Shown piece after piece: positions 24,721 through 37,324 of a DNA stretch of 64,000 bases. The stretch is from contig NC_045708.1 of assembly GCF_009834535.1 (NCBI RefSeq), positions 310,001 through 374,000 on the forward strand, written 5' to 3'. A model generated the notes under the pieces. It was not told the origin of the DNA. It did no database searches and saw only the letters and a program-made list of their open reading frames with translations. The translations under genes and the position numbers were made by a program. The first letter of the stretch is position 1, and every line of letters begins with the position of its first letter. This stretch comes from Camelus ferus (taxonomy: Eukaryota).

Positions 24721-26479
24721 ACCCCACACAGGTGCCTGTCGAGCCCAGAAGACCCCACTGGTGTGCCTGTAGCAGGAGCAGGCTACACACCAGCCTGGAA
24801 GGGAGTGCTTCCCGCACAGCACTGCGCCCAAGCTCCGGCCCAAGAAGCTGAATAGGCCAGGTGTCACCTACTCACAAATGCAGCAACAATCCAAGCAGGA
24901 CCACCACCCAGGACTTGTTCTGTTTCTCTCAGCTGTTTACCCTAAAGTTAACACTCATCCATGTACAAAACAATTGCCTGGATAACTCAAAGACAACTGT
25001 GTATGGACTCAGTTAAGTGGTCGGGCTGGACGCTTCATGGTTAGTGGACAGTCGTACAAACTACATAAAATAGTTCTTGCCTGGCTGGTCACAAATGAAC
25101 TCTTCTCTTGCTTTCAAAGGCGTAATCTTGAGACTCCTACTCAAGATTCAATTCCTCAGTTCACTAAAAGGAAAGGGCTTCCTAATGACCCCTCTCTTGC
25201 CTCACTCAGAGCAGTCCCCTCAGGCTTGTCCAGGTGATTTCAGGTGAGACAGTTTCTCCCAGTTTTCCCCGCATATATTGTCCACAGCATGCACACAGGT
25301 CATGAAGTGTGTCTCAGGCACCCTTGAAACCAAGTCTCCACAGACAGAGCACACAGTGTATTGCATTCGAAGAAAATAGGGTACAGACTTTAAAAAAGAA
25401 AACAAAACAATAAACATGGCAAGCATGCAAAATTTCAGTACAGAAAAGCAAAAGGAAAGCAGTCTGCAACCCACAGACAGCGACATCGCAGTGCGTTCAG
25501 TGCACGCTGGGGCAGTCTCTGTTCTACCAGCACCCTATTCCCTTTCCTCCAGATATCCTCCCGCTCAGCGTCCGCGCACTCCAGTGATGCTGGGGCAGAG
25601 ACCTTGGCCTGGCCCGCCAGACGGGCACGTGACACACCGGTGGCCAGAACATTCACGGAAGTCTCTCCCGTCACCACCAGGACTGCTCACAGGCTGGACG
25701 GAAGCCCAGGCTGACGGAGACAGCCCCACCACCACTCACACACCTGCCTGAGAATGGAGCCGCCCAGAGGTGGGCACAGCCGAGATATGCAGGTTACTGG
25801 CTACAAGTTCTAGGCACCAGGACCCAACCTTGCCTGAAGACATGCTGGACTTTTCAGTTAAGTGAGACCCTGAAATTCCTTTCTGTTTAAGGTAGATTAC
25901 ACGAAAGGTCACTCACGTGGAAAGTACAGAGCCCTGAACCACCTTCGTGGTGTATTCTGTGTACTTACTAGCTCCATTCCCACTGAGCTGTGGCCTTACC
26001 TCTCTGTAGCAGTTTCATGCCTGGACCGGGCAAGTGGCTGGGAATGAATATGAATTAAATACAAGCCAGCTAAGTGGCCTTAATTAGAAACGAGGCTACA
26101 CCCTTACACCTGGACAGAGGTGAGACGACGCAGATAACCAGTACATGTGGACAGGAGGGCACAGCTGAGGCACTTGCCCAGGGCCCGCTCTAGCTGGCAG
26201 GCGATGGAACCACCCGACTCCGCTTCCCACTCTTACCGCCTGGACTTTCCCTCAGTTACCGCCTCAAGCGCATGCCCTTAGGCACACTCATTCGTGGTGG
26301 GACTTGTGAAGCAGTATGCAGTCCCAACTGCTCGGGGTTTGAAGCGGCAGCAGGCTCAAGGCAGCCACCCTGCCCCAACACGGATTCCCAGGACACGTTA
26401 CAAACCAAGCTCTACGCCAGCTCGTCCTAGCGGTGCCCGCAAGGTTGCCACTAACAAGAGACTCCTCCGTGGGACATTA

Positions 26480-27260
26480 ACCGTGTGGCTAACAGAATGC
26501 CCAAAGTGGCCGAAAGACGACCCGGCCCGGAGCCCCGGGCGCCCCGCCGTAACCGACCTCGGGTTCCGCGCACGGAAGCTCCGAGCCAGGCCCCGCGAGC
26601 GTGGATGGGGCGGGGACGGGCCGTGCGAGGGGCCCCGCGCCCGCCGCTCGTGCCGGCTCCGGCAGGGCGGACGCGCGGCCGAGGCCCCGGCGCAGGCCCG
26701 CGGCACGCGCTCACCTCTTCCCGTCGCCGCAGGTGGGCCGCCGCCGCGCTCGGGCTCGCCGTGGTCGAGGCCGGAGCAGGGAGCGGAAGAGTGGGGCCCG
26801 CGCCGCACAGCCGCACAGCGCCGGGACCGAGCCCACCTGACCACCACCGCCGCCGCCGCCGCCGCCGCCGCCTCCTCCTCCTCCTCAGCTTCCAAGATGG
26901 CCGCTAGAGGGGCGGGGCCGTCCCCACTTCCGGTTCCGGGGCGCAGTTTGCCGTGGGTGGCCGCTCTAGGCGACCAGGCGGACGTAGCCGGCGTCTCGCT
27001 GCAGCCTCCGGCCCCCTGTGGCGGAAACAGTCTGCGCGTGCGCACTGGCGGGCAGCTCCGCGGGGCGGATCCTGAGCCCCGCGGCGGTCTGGTTCGCCAG
27101 CCAAGGCTTCCTGGTTCGAAGATCCCTCCGCCACAGCTCTGTCTGGCTGGTGGCCCCGGGGGCAGTCACCTGTCGCAAGGGTCCCGGACCCCCACGTTCC
27201 CTCCTCACGATCTCCGGCCTTCCCTGGGAAGACAGGCCCACTTAAAGGGTGACCCCCGCG
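26480..27260. promoter_or_regulatory. UBE2J2 CpG-island promoter and non-coding exon 1
   Basis: Dense CpG. YY1-like CAAGATGGCCGC 26893-26904, GC box GGGGCGGGG 26909-26917, ETS ACTTCCGG 26926-26933, NRF1 TGCGCGTGCGCA 27033-27044. Candidate minus-strand donor CAG/GTGGGC with exon edge at 26837. Confidence 0.85.
26841..26885. repeat. Compound triplet repeat (CCA)2(CCG)8(CCT)5 in the UBE2J2 5'UTR
   Basis: Directly read from the sequence. Confidence 0.9.
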
Positions 27261-29704
27261 GCGCCGGCGTGAGCCCCGCCCGGGTTCACCAGGACCTCCA
27301 CTGTCCCTACGGCCCCCTTTCTAAGGATCGGCCCAGTCCGGTCTGGGGGTCCTAGTTCTTGTGCTGACTTAACAGGAGAGTGTGGGAGGCACGCGGGGGC
27401 CCCAGGCCCCAGTGGCAGAACCACCCGGGGCCCCTGAGATTCAAGTCCCAGTTGGCTTTGTGTGGCCACAGTGAGAGATGGGACCCGGAGCCCTGCTGGA
27501 ACCTGTGCCAGGTGGGGTCCGCCGTGGGCAAGCCTGCCCAGGCCCTGCCCATTGGGAGAACTGTCCTCATAAAAATAGTTGCACTGTTTCCCGATCGAAT
27601 TTTCCACCCAACCCATGAATAGGGTCATTATGCACCAGTGGACACTGCACTGAGGCCGGCTTTCCATTCCCACGGTCCCCTCCCTGGCCCTGGGGGCGGG
27701 GGAGGCAGAGGAGGAAGATGGGGCGGCAGGGGAGGCCCTGGGAGCAGAGGGTACTGTTCCCAGGACAGCATCATTGAGAGAAAGCCCTGACCACAGGGCC
27801 TGGAGCTGTGGTGTCCACCCCACATCTGCCTGGGGAACATTTGGAGGCCATGAGGATGGCAGACGGGAGGGGGTCTGGGCAGCCAGCACACTCCCCACCG
27901 CCCGCCTGCCAAGTCGGGGCTGGGCTGTCCCTGGGGAGATGCCGCCCTGACTGTGGTCATCAGCCTGGATGGATCCAGGGGGGCTGTCGCTAGGCAGAGA
28001 TTCAAATCCCAAGTTCTCACCCTTGACCATGACCCTGCCTGCCTCCTGAGATAGATCGCCAGTCAACAAGGTGACTGACCACATGGCAGCTGCCAGTGGA
28101 CTCCAAGGACCAAGAGGTCCAGCCATGGCCACAGGTAGAGGGTAGGTGAGTGGCCATACTCACCTCTGAGTCTGGCCCACCCACAGCACCTCAGGCAGGA
28201 CCTTAGTGGCCACTGCAGGGCTGGCCCCAGGCCCTGGGCAGAGGAGTGCCCATTGTCCATCAGTCCACCACCAGGTGAGTCAGCCTGTGGGAATCCAGCC
28301 TGCAGTGTTACCTGGCCCTGGCCCTCCTTCCTTCTGGGGAGGCTGGCAGTCCCCAGACCCACCTCCTGCTGCTGCACTCAGAAAGTTCTTAGCACCCCCT
28401 TCCCTCCTCTGCCTCCTCCAGGGTGCTGCCACCCCCAGGCAGGGCAGGCCCAGCTGCTTTTATTCAGCCCATGGAGAGTTGTGTAAGGGAGGCCACCCCA
28501 AGGTGTCAGGGGATTCGAGCACAGGTGGGAGGCAGACACGTGGCCAGACCCTGAGCCCCCACCATGCCCGCCGCAGCTGCTGGTACCTGGAGGAGCCCCT
28601 CCGTGGTGACAGGAGGCCCTGCGGTCAGTGCCTAGGGGGCGCGGATGGTACAACACTGCAGTTGTACCACTGAGGGCTCTTACCTGCCTGCAGGAGGCAC
28701 TCCAGGTGGACCAACCCCAGGCCCAGGGAGGATGACCCCAGCCTACCCGGGCACACACAGAGTCCCTGGGCTCAGACTTCACCCCCAAGGTTGTGCTGGA
28801 ATCCCCCCAGGGCCAACTCTGAGCTGCCCCCGAGGACGGAAATACCTACAAGTGAGGAAGCTGAGCCCGGGTCCCACAAAACGCCAGGTGCCCACAGTCT
28901 GCAGGGCAGCCCTGGCCTGGAAGGGGAGGCCTCAGTACCCTAGGCCCAGCAGGGCTGTACTCAGCTGTCCTCAGGGCTGGGGCCAGCCATCCTTCTGGGG
29001 AGAGGGCAGGGATGCAGGGCCCTCTGCCTGTCCCTTCTCTAATCCTTTCAACACACAGCCATCACGGAGTGGCCCCACGGGCCCATGTCATGTCTGGAGC
29101 TGGGGACGCCCTGTCCTGCCCCAGCCTGCATCTCCTGCTCCTCCGGGGGCCTCACCAGGAAGAGGGTGGTGGTTGCCGGCCTTGCTGCCCCTGGACGCAG
29201 TCTCTGTGCCCTCCGTCCCGTGCTCTGGGGCGGCCTCCTCAGGAGGAGGGAAGTGGGTTTCTGCCTCCTGCCTGGATGTGCCTCAAGCCTCACGGGGCAT
29301 GACACATCGCAGCCCTTCCGGGCCCTGGCCAGGGTCACTCCAACACAGGAAGACCAGGCTCCTGCTGCCTGCAAGCTGCCCTTGGCTGGCCAGGACCCTC
29401 TGGCTAGACCTAGGCTCCCGCGGCTCATCTTAACAGCCTTTCTGACTCTGGGAGACACAGGTGACTCCAGTTCTAAAGACTTGCCTCTTCTGTTAAGAGG
29501 CTTCCCCCAGGGCAGCGTGCCCCCTACCCCTCAGTAACCTGGCCCACCCCCTCTGAAGGAAAATCGCTCAGGGACAGTGGGCCTAAGACACCCCAGGCCT
29601 GTGTGAGTCTGGGGGCTTTGATGCTGGCCCAGGGGGGACGTCTTCGCACCAGTGACATCAGTTGGTATCATCTCTGAGCCTTGAGCACGAAGGGGAAACT
29701 CAGC

Positions 29705-29812
29705 TCCACTTTGTACTTGAGGAAATGGGCACAGAGAGGTTGAGTAACTTGGGCATCGCACAGCAGGTAAGTGACAAAGCTGTGATTCACACCCACACCC
29801 AGATGAGTCCAG
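29705..29812 (+). mobile_element. MIR SINE fragment
   Basis: tgaggaaatgggcacagagaggttgagtaacttg...cacagcaggtaagtgacaaagctgtgattcac matches the recalled MIR core. Confidence 0.65.
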
Positions 29813-30944
29813 GTTCAGCTCTGCCCCAAGCCTGACTTCCCTCTCCCAGGTGTCCCCACTGGCCATCTTCCTCCTTCCAAAGCCACGAGGCCGGTGACCT
29901 CACACCTCCTCAGAGCCAAGGCCCCACCAGAAGGGCCTAGTGGGGTAGGGCTCCCTTCCTTATCCCAGCCCAGGTCCTCAGCACTGATCTGAGGTGGGGT
30001 GTCAGGAACCCAGAGCCTGCCTGGGAAGGTGACCCCTCAAACCTGGGACCAGACTGGGGGCCTGGTCATTTGGGATGGCAAAGTCTCTGGGTCATCCTAG
30101 GGCCATGTTGGGTCCCCCAGTGGGGCCAGTGGGGCTAGGGGCTGTCCTGCCTTCAGCACACCATCTGGCCTCACACAACCACACTTGGGCTGAGGGTTTC
30201 AGCCTCAGAGATGGTGCAGTTTTGACTCTGGTATGTGTTCTGAGCATGTGCTGTGCCGTCTTTGTGGGTGCCCTGTGGTCTTCGCGTCTGCTGGCACATC
30301 ACAGGTGCTGTCTCCTCACCAGGGCCCAGCTTGTCACCACCATCAGCGCCTGTCTCAGGGCTAGGTGCTGGTCCTGAGGGGCACCTGTGTCCTGGGAATG
30401 GAGGCCCCTGCCCAGCAACCCTTAGCCACCAACGCCAGTGGTCAGAGCCAGGCAGGTGGTGGCGAGCAGGCACCCCTCGCAGGCGTGGTAGGAGAATGGG
30501 CAGGGAGGGGAGGATCAGGGCCTGTGGGGTCTGCTGGAGCAGGAGTAGCCGTGGGAGCCAGTGGAGTCTGCTCAGGGGAGGGCAGACGGGACATCCAGGC
30601 AGCTCTCAGCCCAACACAGGTACTCCTTTCCCCTCCAGAGACCCCAAGCTCCTCATGCCCAGCCAGGGTCAGGGCTCCAGACCTGGCTCCCAGGAATTGG
30701 GCAAGAAAGGTTCGCAAGGTGGAGGTGTGGGGTGGGGAGGACTCCCTCCTGGCCCCCGAAGGCTTCGCTTTCCGGGACCAAAGCAGGTGTGGCTGCCCCC
30801 AGCTGGGCCCCTCCCTGCTGCCTCTCCCCACGCCCAGCCTGTTATTCATAGGAGGCTGCCTGGCCAGGGTCGGGCCACAGCCCGATTTCTCACAGCTAGA
30901 GCCGCCACCGCCCTGCCACCATCCCGGCCGCCCACAGCAGGAGG

Positions 30945-33900
30945 ATGGAGGCGCCTGCACAGGGAGGCTGCTGCCTCGAGGTACCGGGTCCCTGAGGTGG
31001 GCTCCCCAGCCCTGGCCAGAGCAGCCAGGCGGGCCATCGCCCGGGTCTCCCCAGCCAAAGTGGAGGGCCTGCGCTCCTCATGGCAGCTGGAACCTACGCA
31101 CACGCAGGGCGAGGGCAGTGCTTCTGTACACGCCTCTCACCATGCAGCCCCACTGAACTGACAAAGGGCTTGCTGTGTGGGAGAGGAGTGTGTGCACACG
31201 CATGTGTGTGCACGTGTGTGCTGGCTGAAGGGGCCGTGCACTCGGCTGCTGCCGCGGCCGAGGCATCTGGGACCTGCGGTGCCCGCGCTCGCCCCAGTGT
31301 GTTGCCCCAGTGTCTGGGCCCCGCCCCATCTAAGGAAGCCCTCCAGAGCCTCCCTCCTCCTGCCCTGGCAGCCCCCACTGGGGTGGGAGGGGCCTGGTCT
31401 GTTGTGTGAGTCTCGGGGAAGAGAAATGTGGTTACTGGAGTCAAAAAGAACCTTCTGGAGTCCCTTTTGCCTCACCTGAATCCCATGGCTGCAGGTCCTG
31501 CCTTACCTGTGAGGGCTCGGTATGATCATGGGACACAGGTGCAGGCGCTGCCCTGGGCCACGCGGGACCCACCACCGGCCGCCATGCCAGCAGGTCTCCT
31601 GGCCGGGCTGCCTCCCCAAACCTGAGGCCAAGGCTGATCCACCACCACCTCATAGCTGGGGCCCCATGCAGCTGCCTGGCTTGCTACAACACATCTGATC
31701 CCAGAGCTCAGGGAAGCAGCCCACTGGGGATTACGGGGCCAGCAGGTGCTGGCCGAGGTACAGCAGATGCTTCCTGGTTCAGCCCCCTCCTCAGGTGCCA
31801 GCTCAGGTCCAAATGGGTGGCCAGAGCGGGCTGGAGCCCAGGAGATGGCACCCAGGTGCACGAAGGCCTAAAGATTCAGACCAAGATGGGGGCAGTATGG
31901 AAAGTCCACGGGAAACCCAGGCAGTGACTCAGCACGTGTACCGGGCCAGTAGGCCTGACCTGGTCAGGGCTCCATGTCCCCGTTGTGGGCTGGGGCATCT
32001 GGGTCCTGGGACGCTGGAGCCTCCAGGGGAGCACTGAGAGCTAGGCAGACCTTGGGTCCACTCCCCTCGGTCCTTCAGGTCCCCACCACTGTCTGGCCCA
32101 CCAGCCTCTGCCCAAGGCCCACAAATGGAGTGTCCCTGGGGGCTTAGCTCAGTGGACAGTGCCCCCAGCCTGGGCCCACGGTGACGAGCAGCACTCAGCT
32201 CTGACCCCCGACCCTCGGCCCAGATGTGGCCAGACCTGCCCGGCCCCATCAGTCCTGGTCAAGTGTGGCTGTGCTGGCTGCTGAGGGCTGGTGGAGGCCA
32301 TCGTCAAGTCAGCTCCCAACATGGGGCTCCAGGCCCACCCCAAGCAGGTTACCTGGTTGCCCCTGCACAGAGGCCCTCTTCTCCTTTGTTGGACGGCAGC
32401 AGAGACCCACCCAGCCTCAAGCCTCCTGTAAATGAGGCCAGGTGCAGCCCAGATGCCATGTCCCCTGCTGTCCCTGACCCTACCGCCCAGGCTCAGCTCT
32501 GGCTGTGATAGGACGTGCCTGAGGAAGCCACCTAGTGCCCTGCCAGGTGTCACCGGGGGATGGCTGCAGGGGCAGTTGTAGCATAGACAAGCTGCTGACA
32601 GTCCTCCTTTGAGCATCCACAGGCTGGGCCGAGCCCCTGGGGCTGAGGGACGCGACTGACCGGGAGTCCCAGGGACAGAGAAGGGAGGTCCGAGGGGCCG
32701 GGGTGGGGAGACCTGTTGGGGAGGGAGTCTGGCCGGGCAGCTGAAGCCCTGCTGAGGCTCGCTTCTCTGACACAGGCTGGAGCCAGGGCCCCAGCAGCTG
32801 GTGGGGGGCCTGGGACCCGGAAGCCCAAGGTGGAGTGTGGGGAGAGGCTGGTGGAGCTCCATGCCTCCTTCAGGGAGCTGGTCACCTTCTTCTGCACCAA
32901 CACCACCATCCACGGCTCTGTCCGCCTCATCTGCTCCAGCCAGAACCGCCTCAAGACGGTGTCCTGGGGGCTGCTGCTCGTGGGCACCCTGGGCATGCTC
33001 TACTGGCAGTTTGGGCTCCTCTTCGAGCAGTATTGGCGCTACCCAGTCATCATGACCGTGTCCGTGCACTCGGAGCGGAAGCTCTTCCCGTCGGTCACTC
33101 TGTGTGACATGAACCCACACCGGTGAGGGCTGGGGCCAGCCTGGGGCATCTCCCCACATGCGGTCGCAGTGGGAGCCCTGCTGGCTCATGAAGCCCCCAT
33201 CATGGGTGGCCTGCCCCGCTCCATTGCCCTGGGGCGGAGCTAATGGGCAGGTGGAGCCAGCTGAAGCTTGGTGTGACCAGTGCCACCCTGCAGTGACACC
33301 CAGGCACTGGCCAACCTAGGGAGGGGGAGGAGAGGTGGGGGTGCTCTCCGGGAGGGCAGCCTGGAGCTGGACTTTGATCACGGGTGCCCTGGAGAAGGGA
33401 GCAGGGCCACATTCCAGGTGAGGAGGCAGCAGGAACAAAGACAGGGAGGGGCTGTGAACACACCAGAGGGTGGTGGGGTCACCAGGTGGGGGGCCAGGCC
33501 AGGCTGGGGGTCTGACTTCCCTCTGCAGCCCTGGCTCCCGATTCAGAGCTCCCTTCCGGGCTCCAGAGGACGGCGGGGTGGTGGTGGGGGGGCTGCTGTC
33601 CTGTTCGATGCCCTTCAGCGTCAGTGCCTGTGGCTACGGCAGGGCCCTTGGGGGCTGGCTCTGACTCTGCTGGCCCCCTCCCTCACCCTGCGCCCAGGCC
33701 GCGCCCAGCCCGCCGCCATCTGCAGGCGCTGGACGACTTCGCCCAGGAAAACATCTACTCCCTGTATGGGGTCAGCGTCAGCAAGACCCAGGGACGCCCT
33801 GGCAGCCAAGGACCTGGGCCCCGAGCCCCACTTCCAGCTGGACCGCGCGGTCCGCCTACAGAAGCTAAGCCCCCTGGGCGGCCAGAACAGAGTGGGCTTC

Positions 33901-36263
33901 AGACTGGTGAGTGTCCTGGCCCTGGAGGGGGCCCGGCATGCCATCGCCCTCTGGGGCTCTCTGTGGGGTTCGGGGGCAGGCTGCCTCCACACTGACCCAC
34001 ACCCCGCAGTGTAACAGCTCTGGCGGTGACTGCATCCATCGGGCCTACTCCTCAGGCGTGACAGCTGCCCGCGAGTGGTACCGCTTCCACTATGTGAACA
34101 TCCTGGCCCTGCTGCCCCCTGCCCACGAGGACCATCACCGCAGCCTTGGCAGCCACTTCATCTTCTCCTGCCTTTACGACGGCCAGGACTGCCAGGCCCG
34201 GTGAGTGCAGGCTGGCGGCTGGCCGCTCCCCTCGGCCCCACCCAGCGGTCTGTGGCCAAACAGCTCCCTCCAGAAATAAGGCAGGTGGTGGTCCTTTGGG
34301 GCTGCAAGCAGCAGGGTGAGGGGTCAAGGGGGTGTGCTGGCCTGAGCGTGGCCGCTCGTTCCAGGCACTTCCAGACATCCCACCACCCCACCTACGGCAG
34401 TTGCTACACCTTCGATGGCATCTGGGCCACACAGTGCCCGGGCATCACCCATGGTGAGTGCCGGCCCAGGCCGGGTATGGGTGGGGGTGTCCAGGCCAGT
34501 ATGGCCTCACCCTGGGCCTCCCCCAGGGATCAGCCTGGTCCTCAGGACTGAGCAGCAGGACCACCTCCCTCTGCTGTCCACGGAGGCTGGCGTCAAAGTC
34601 ATGATCCACAAGCGTGACCACACCCCCTTCCTGGAGCACCGAAGCTTCAGCGTCCGGCCAGGGACGGAGACCACCATTGGCATCCGAGAGGTAGGCTGCC
34701 CCAGCCTCCAGGCTCCCGACCTCCATGCCCAGCCCTGGGGCCTTGAGGGTAGCATGGCAGGACTGAAGTACCCCTCCCCCCAGGACGAGGTGCACTGGCT
34801 CGGGAGCCCCTACGGGCGATGCACCGACAGCACCGAAGGCGTGGACGTGCCGCTGCTGTACAACGCCTCCTACACCATGCAGGTGAGCCTGGGCTGGTGG
34901 GGGGAGGCCCGGGAGGGGGCCCAGGGAGGGGGTGGGGGTGAGGGTGGGGGAGGCCAGGGCAAGGAGGTCAGGAATCAGGGGAAGTAGAGCTCAGGGAGGT
35001 AGGGGCTGGGGGAGGGCAGGCAGCAGGCACCCTGGGAGAGGGATGGCCGCTCCAGGACTCCCAGCGCCAGTCCCCTGCTGTCCCCCCAGGCCTGCCTGGT
35101 CTCCTGCTTCCAGCAGCTGATGGTGCAGACCTGCTCCTGCGGCTACTACTTCTACCCCCTGCCTGCGGGGGCTGAGTACTGCAGCTACCTGCGGCACCCG
35201 GCCTGGGGTGAGCCCTCGCCCTGCCCCTCCACTGGCGCCCCCGCACCACCTCTGGGTGGCTCCTAACAGGTTCACCTGTGACCCTCTCCCCAGGTCACTG
35301 CTTCTACCGCCTCTACAGGGACCTGGGGACCCACCAGCTTCCCTGCGCCGCCCGCTGCCCCAGGCCTTGCAGGTGAGCAGTGGGTGTTGGGTCGGGCATG
35401 GCCCAGGCGCCGCGCAGGGCTGTGACGAGGTCTGTCTCTCCCAGGGAGTCTTTGTTCAGGCTTTCTGCAGGGACCTCCAGGTGGCCTTCCTCCAAGTCAG
35501 CCGTGAGTCCCTGAAGGGGTGGGGTGAGGGGCGGGCCAGCAGGTGGGCCTCACGGGCAGAGAGCTCTCCCTAGACGGGCCCGTGTCCCCACGGTGCTGCC
35601 CTCACCCCGCCCCGCTGTGCCTGGGGCTGGGAGGAACAGTGGCCCCAGAGAGCCTTCCGTGTGCAGGATTGGACCCTGTCCGTGCTGGGCAAGCCAGGCC
35701 ACAGGAGCCCAAGCCCCAGGTGGGTGCACCCGTCCTCCAGAGTTCATGTCTGGGCCCTGCCCCCTGCCGTCCTCGTCCCTCAGTTCCCTGAGGAGGCCCA
35801 GCGTCAGTCCAGGGCCCAGCCCCTCCCTCGTCTCTGTCCTGCTCCAGGAGCAACCTTGCCAAGGTGAATATCCTCTACCAGGAGCTCAACTACCGCACAG
35901 TGGACGAGACGCCCATTTACTCGGTGAGCCAGCCAGGGCCCCAGGGCAGAGGAGGGAGCAGGGCCCCCACCCCGGGCGCCCAGCTCACGGCCCGCTGACA
36001 CCCGCCGACACCCGCAGGTGCCGCGGCTGCTTTCGGCCATGGGCAGCCTCTGGAGCCTGTGGTTCGGCTCCTCCGTCCTCTCGGTCCTGGAGGTGCTGGA
36101 GCTCCTGCTGGACGCCGCGGCCCTCACCTTCCTGCTGTGCTGCCGCCGGCTCCACGCGGCTCAGCGCCAGCCCAGGGCAGCCACGAGGGCGCCCACGCCA
36201 AGCCAGAGGCCAGCCAGTTGCCCTGTGGCTGGGGGCACATCAGACGTCCAGTGCCCTGGCTGA
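30945..36263 (+). CDS. SCNN1D: Epithelial sodium channel delta subunit; apparent +1 frameshift in the third coding exon and a truncated C-terminal tail
   Basis: Exons: 30945-30980 ([12 protein letters not shown], cf. recalled human MEAATRGGSHLQ; least certain exon), 32776-33122 ([11 protein letters not shown]1), 33698-33906 (209 nt, 208 expected), 34010-34200, 34365-34453 ([10 protein letters not shown]), 34527-34690, 34784-34882, 35090-35207 ([19 protein letters not shown]), 35294-35372, 35445-35502, 35667-35719, 35848-35923 ([14 protein letters not shown]), 36018-36263 ([19 protein letters not shown]2). All GT-AG. Total 1765 nt = 588 codons + 1. Confidence 0.93.
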
Positions 36264-37324
36264 CCTCATCTCCGACAACGTTGCCAGGGCTCTGGCAGGA
36301 GTGTCAGCTGAAGAGCTAGGCCAGGGGTGGGTCCCAGAGACACCTGACACTGGAGCCAGCCTGAGCCCGGTCTGATCCTAGGGACTGTGGCGTCAGTGGG
36401 CTCTCCTGGCTGGCCAGTATGGGCCGGTGCAGCCCCACAGGGCCCTCCCTGGCCAGTCAAGCCAAACCCAGGGCCCAGGAAGCAGCAACACTAGAGCAGG
36501 CAGGCACCTGGGCACCCAGTACATGGGGCCCCTCACTGGCCCCACTAATCTGCCCAGTGGTGGCCTCACTGGAGGGCCGGGGCCGGGAGGGCAGTGTCCC
36601 CACCACTCTGGAATTCCATGTCTCAGGTGTGATGGAATATCTACCCACGTGCATGAGTGTGTACACGTGTGGGGGCGGGTATACCTCCACATGGGAGTGC
36701 GTCTGTGTTTAGTGTCAGTGGCGTACGTCTATGTGTCTCTGAGTGCGTCAATACACCAGTTTACACCTATGTGCAGGTGTGTGCAGGCATCAGACAGAGC
36801 CGCCCTCAGCTCAGGGCCGTGGGAGGAAGGGCTAGGCCAGGCCCAGGCACTCAGTGGCCTTGGGCTGCTTCACAGCAGAAGTCAGGACACTTCCACCTGG
36901 TGGCTAGAGTGTGTGCCTGCCACCCCAGCACTTCCCTGAGTGAGCTGAAAACATTGGGCTGCACCTCCACATCTTTGGAGCCACAGAGGCTGCGGGAGCG
37001 GGGGGACAGGAGGACGGGGGCCAGGGCTTGCCCAGGCCCAGGCCAGCCTTGCCGGTTGGCATCCGTCCCAGGGAAGGGCAGAGGGACTGGGAATGGGAGT
37101 TGGGGTTATCAGGAGCTGGTTTTAATCAGAGGAGCCCAGGTCTCTGTCAGGGCCCTGGAGAGATCATCAGGTTCTCATTTACTGCATCCTTTTGGGGGTA
37201 CCACTGGTGCTGCCCCACTCAGGGCCACCCCTTGGGGACAGCGGGGGACCCAGAGACACCCCCTCTCCAGATGAGACAGAGCAGAGTGAGGCGGGTGAGC
37301 CAAGGCAGCGGGTGCAAGCGGCCA

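Noticed and set aside
26294-27355. 353-aa ORF across the UBE2J2 CpG island
   Set aside because: Arg/Ala/Pro-rich product expected from stop-poor CpG island DNA.
27260-30800. Possible divergent lncRNA equivalent to human LINC01786
   Set aside because: The position fits what I recall of the human locus, but no exon structure can be supported from sequence alone.
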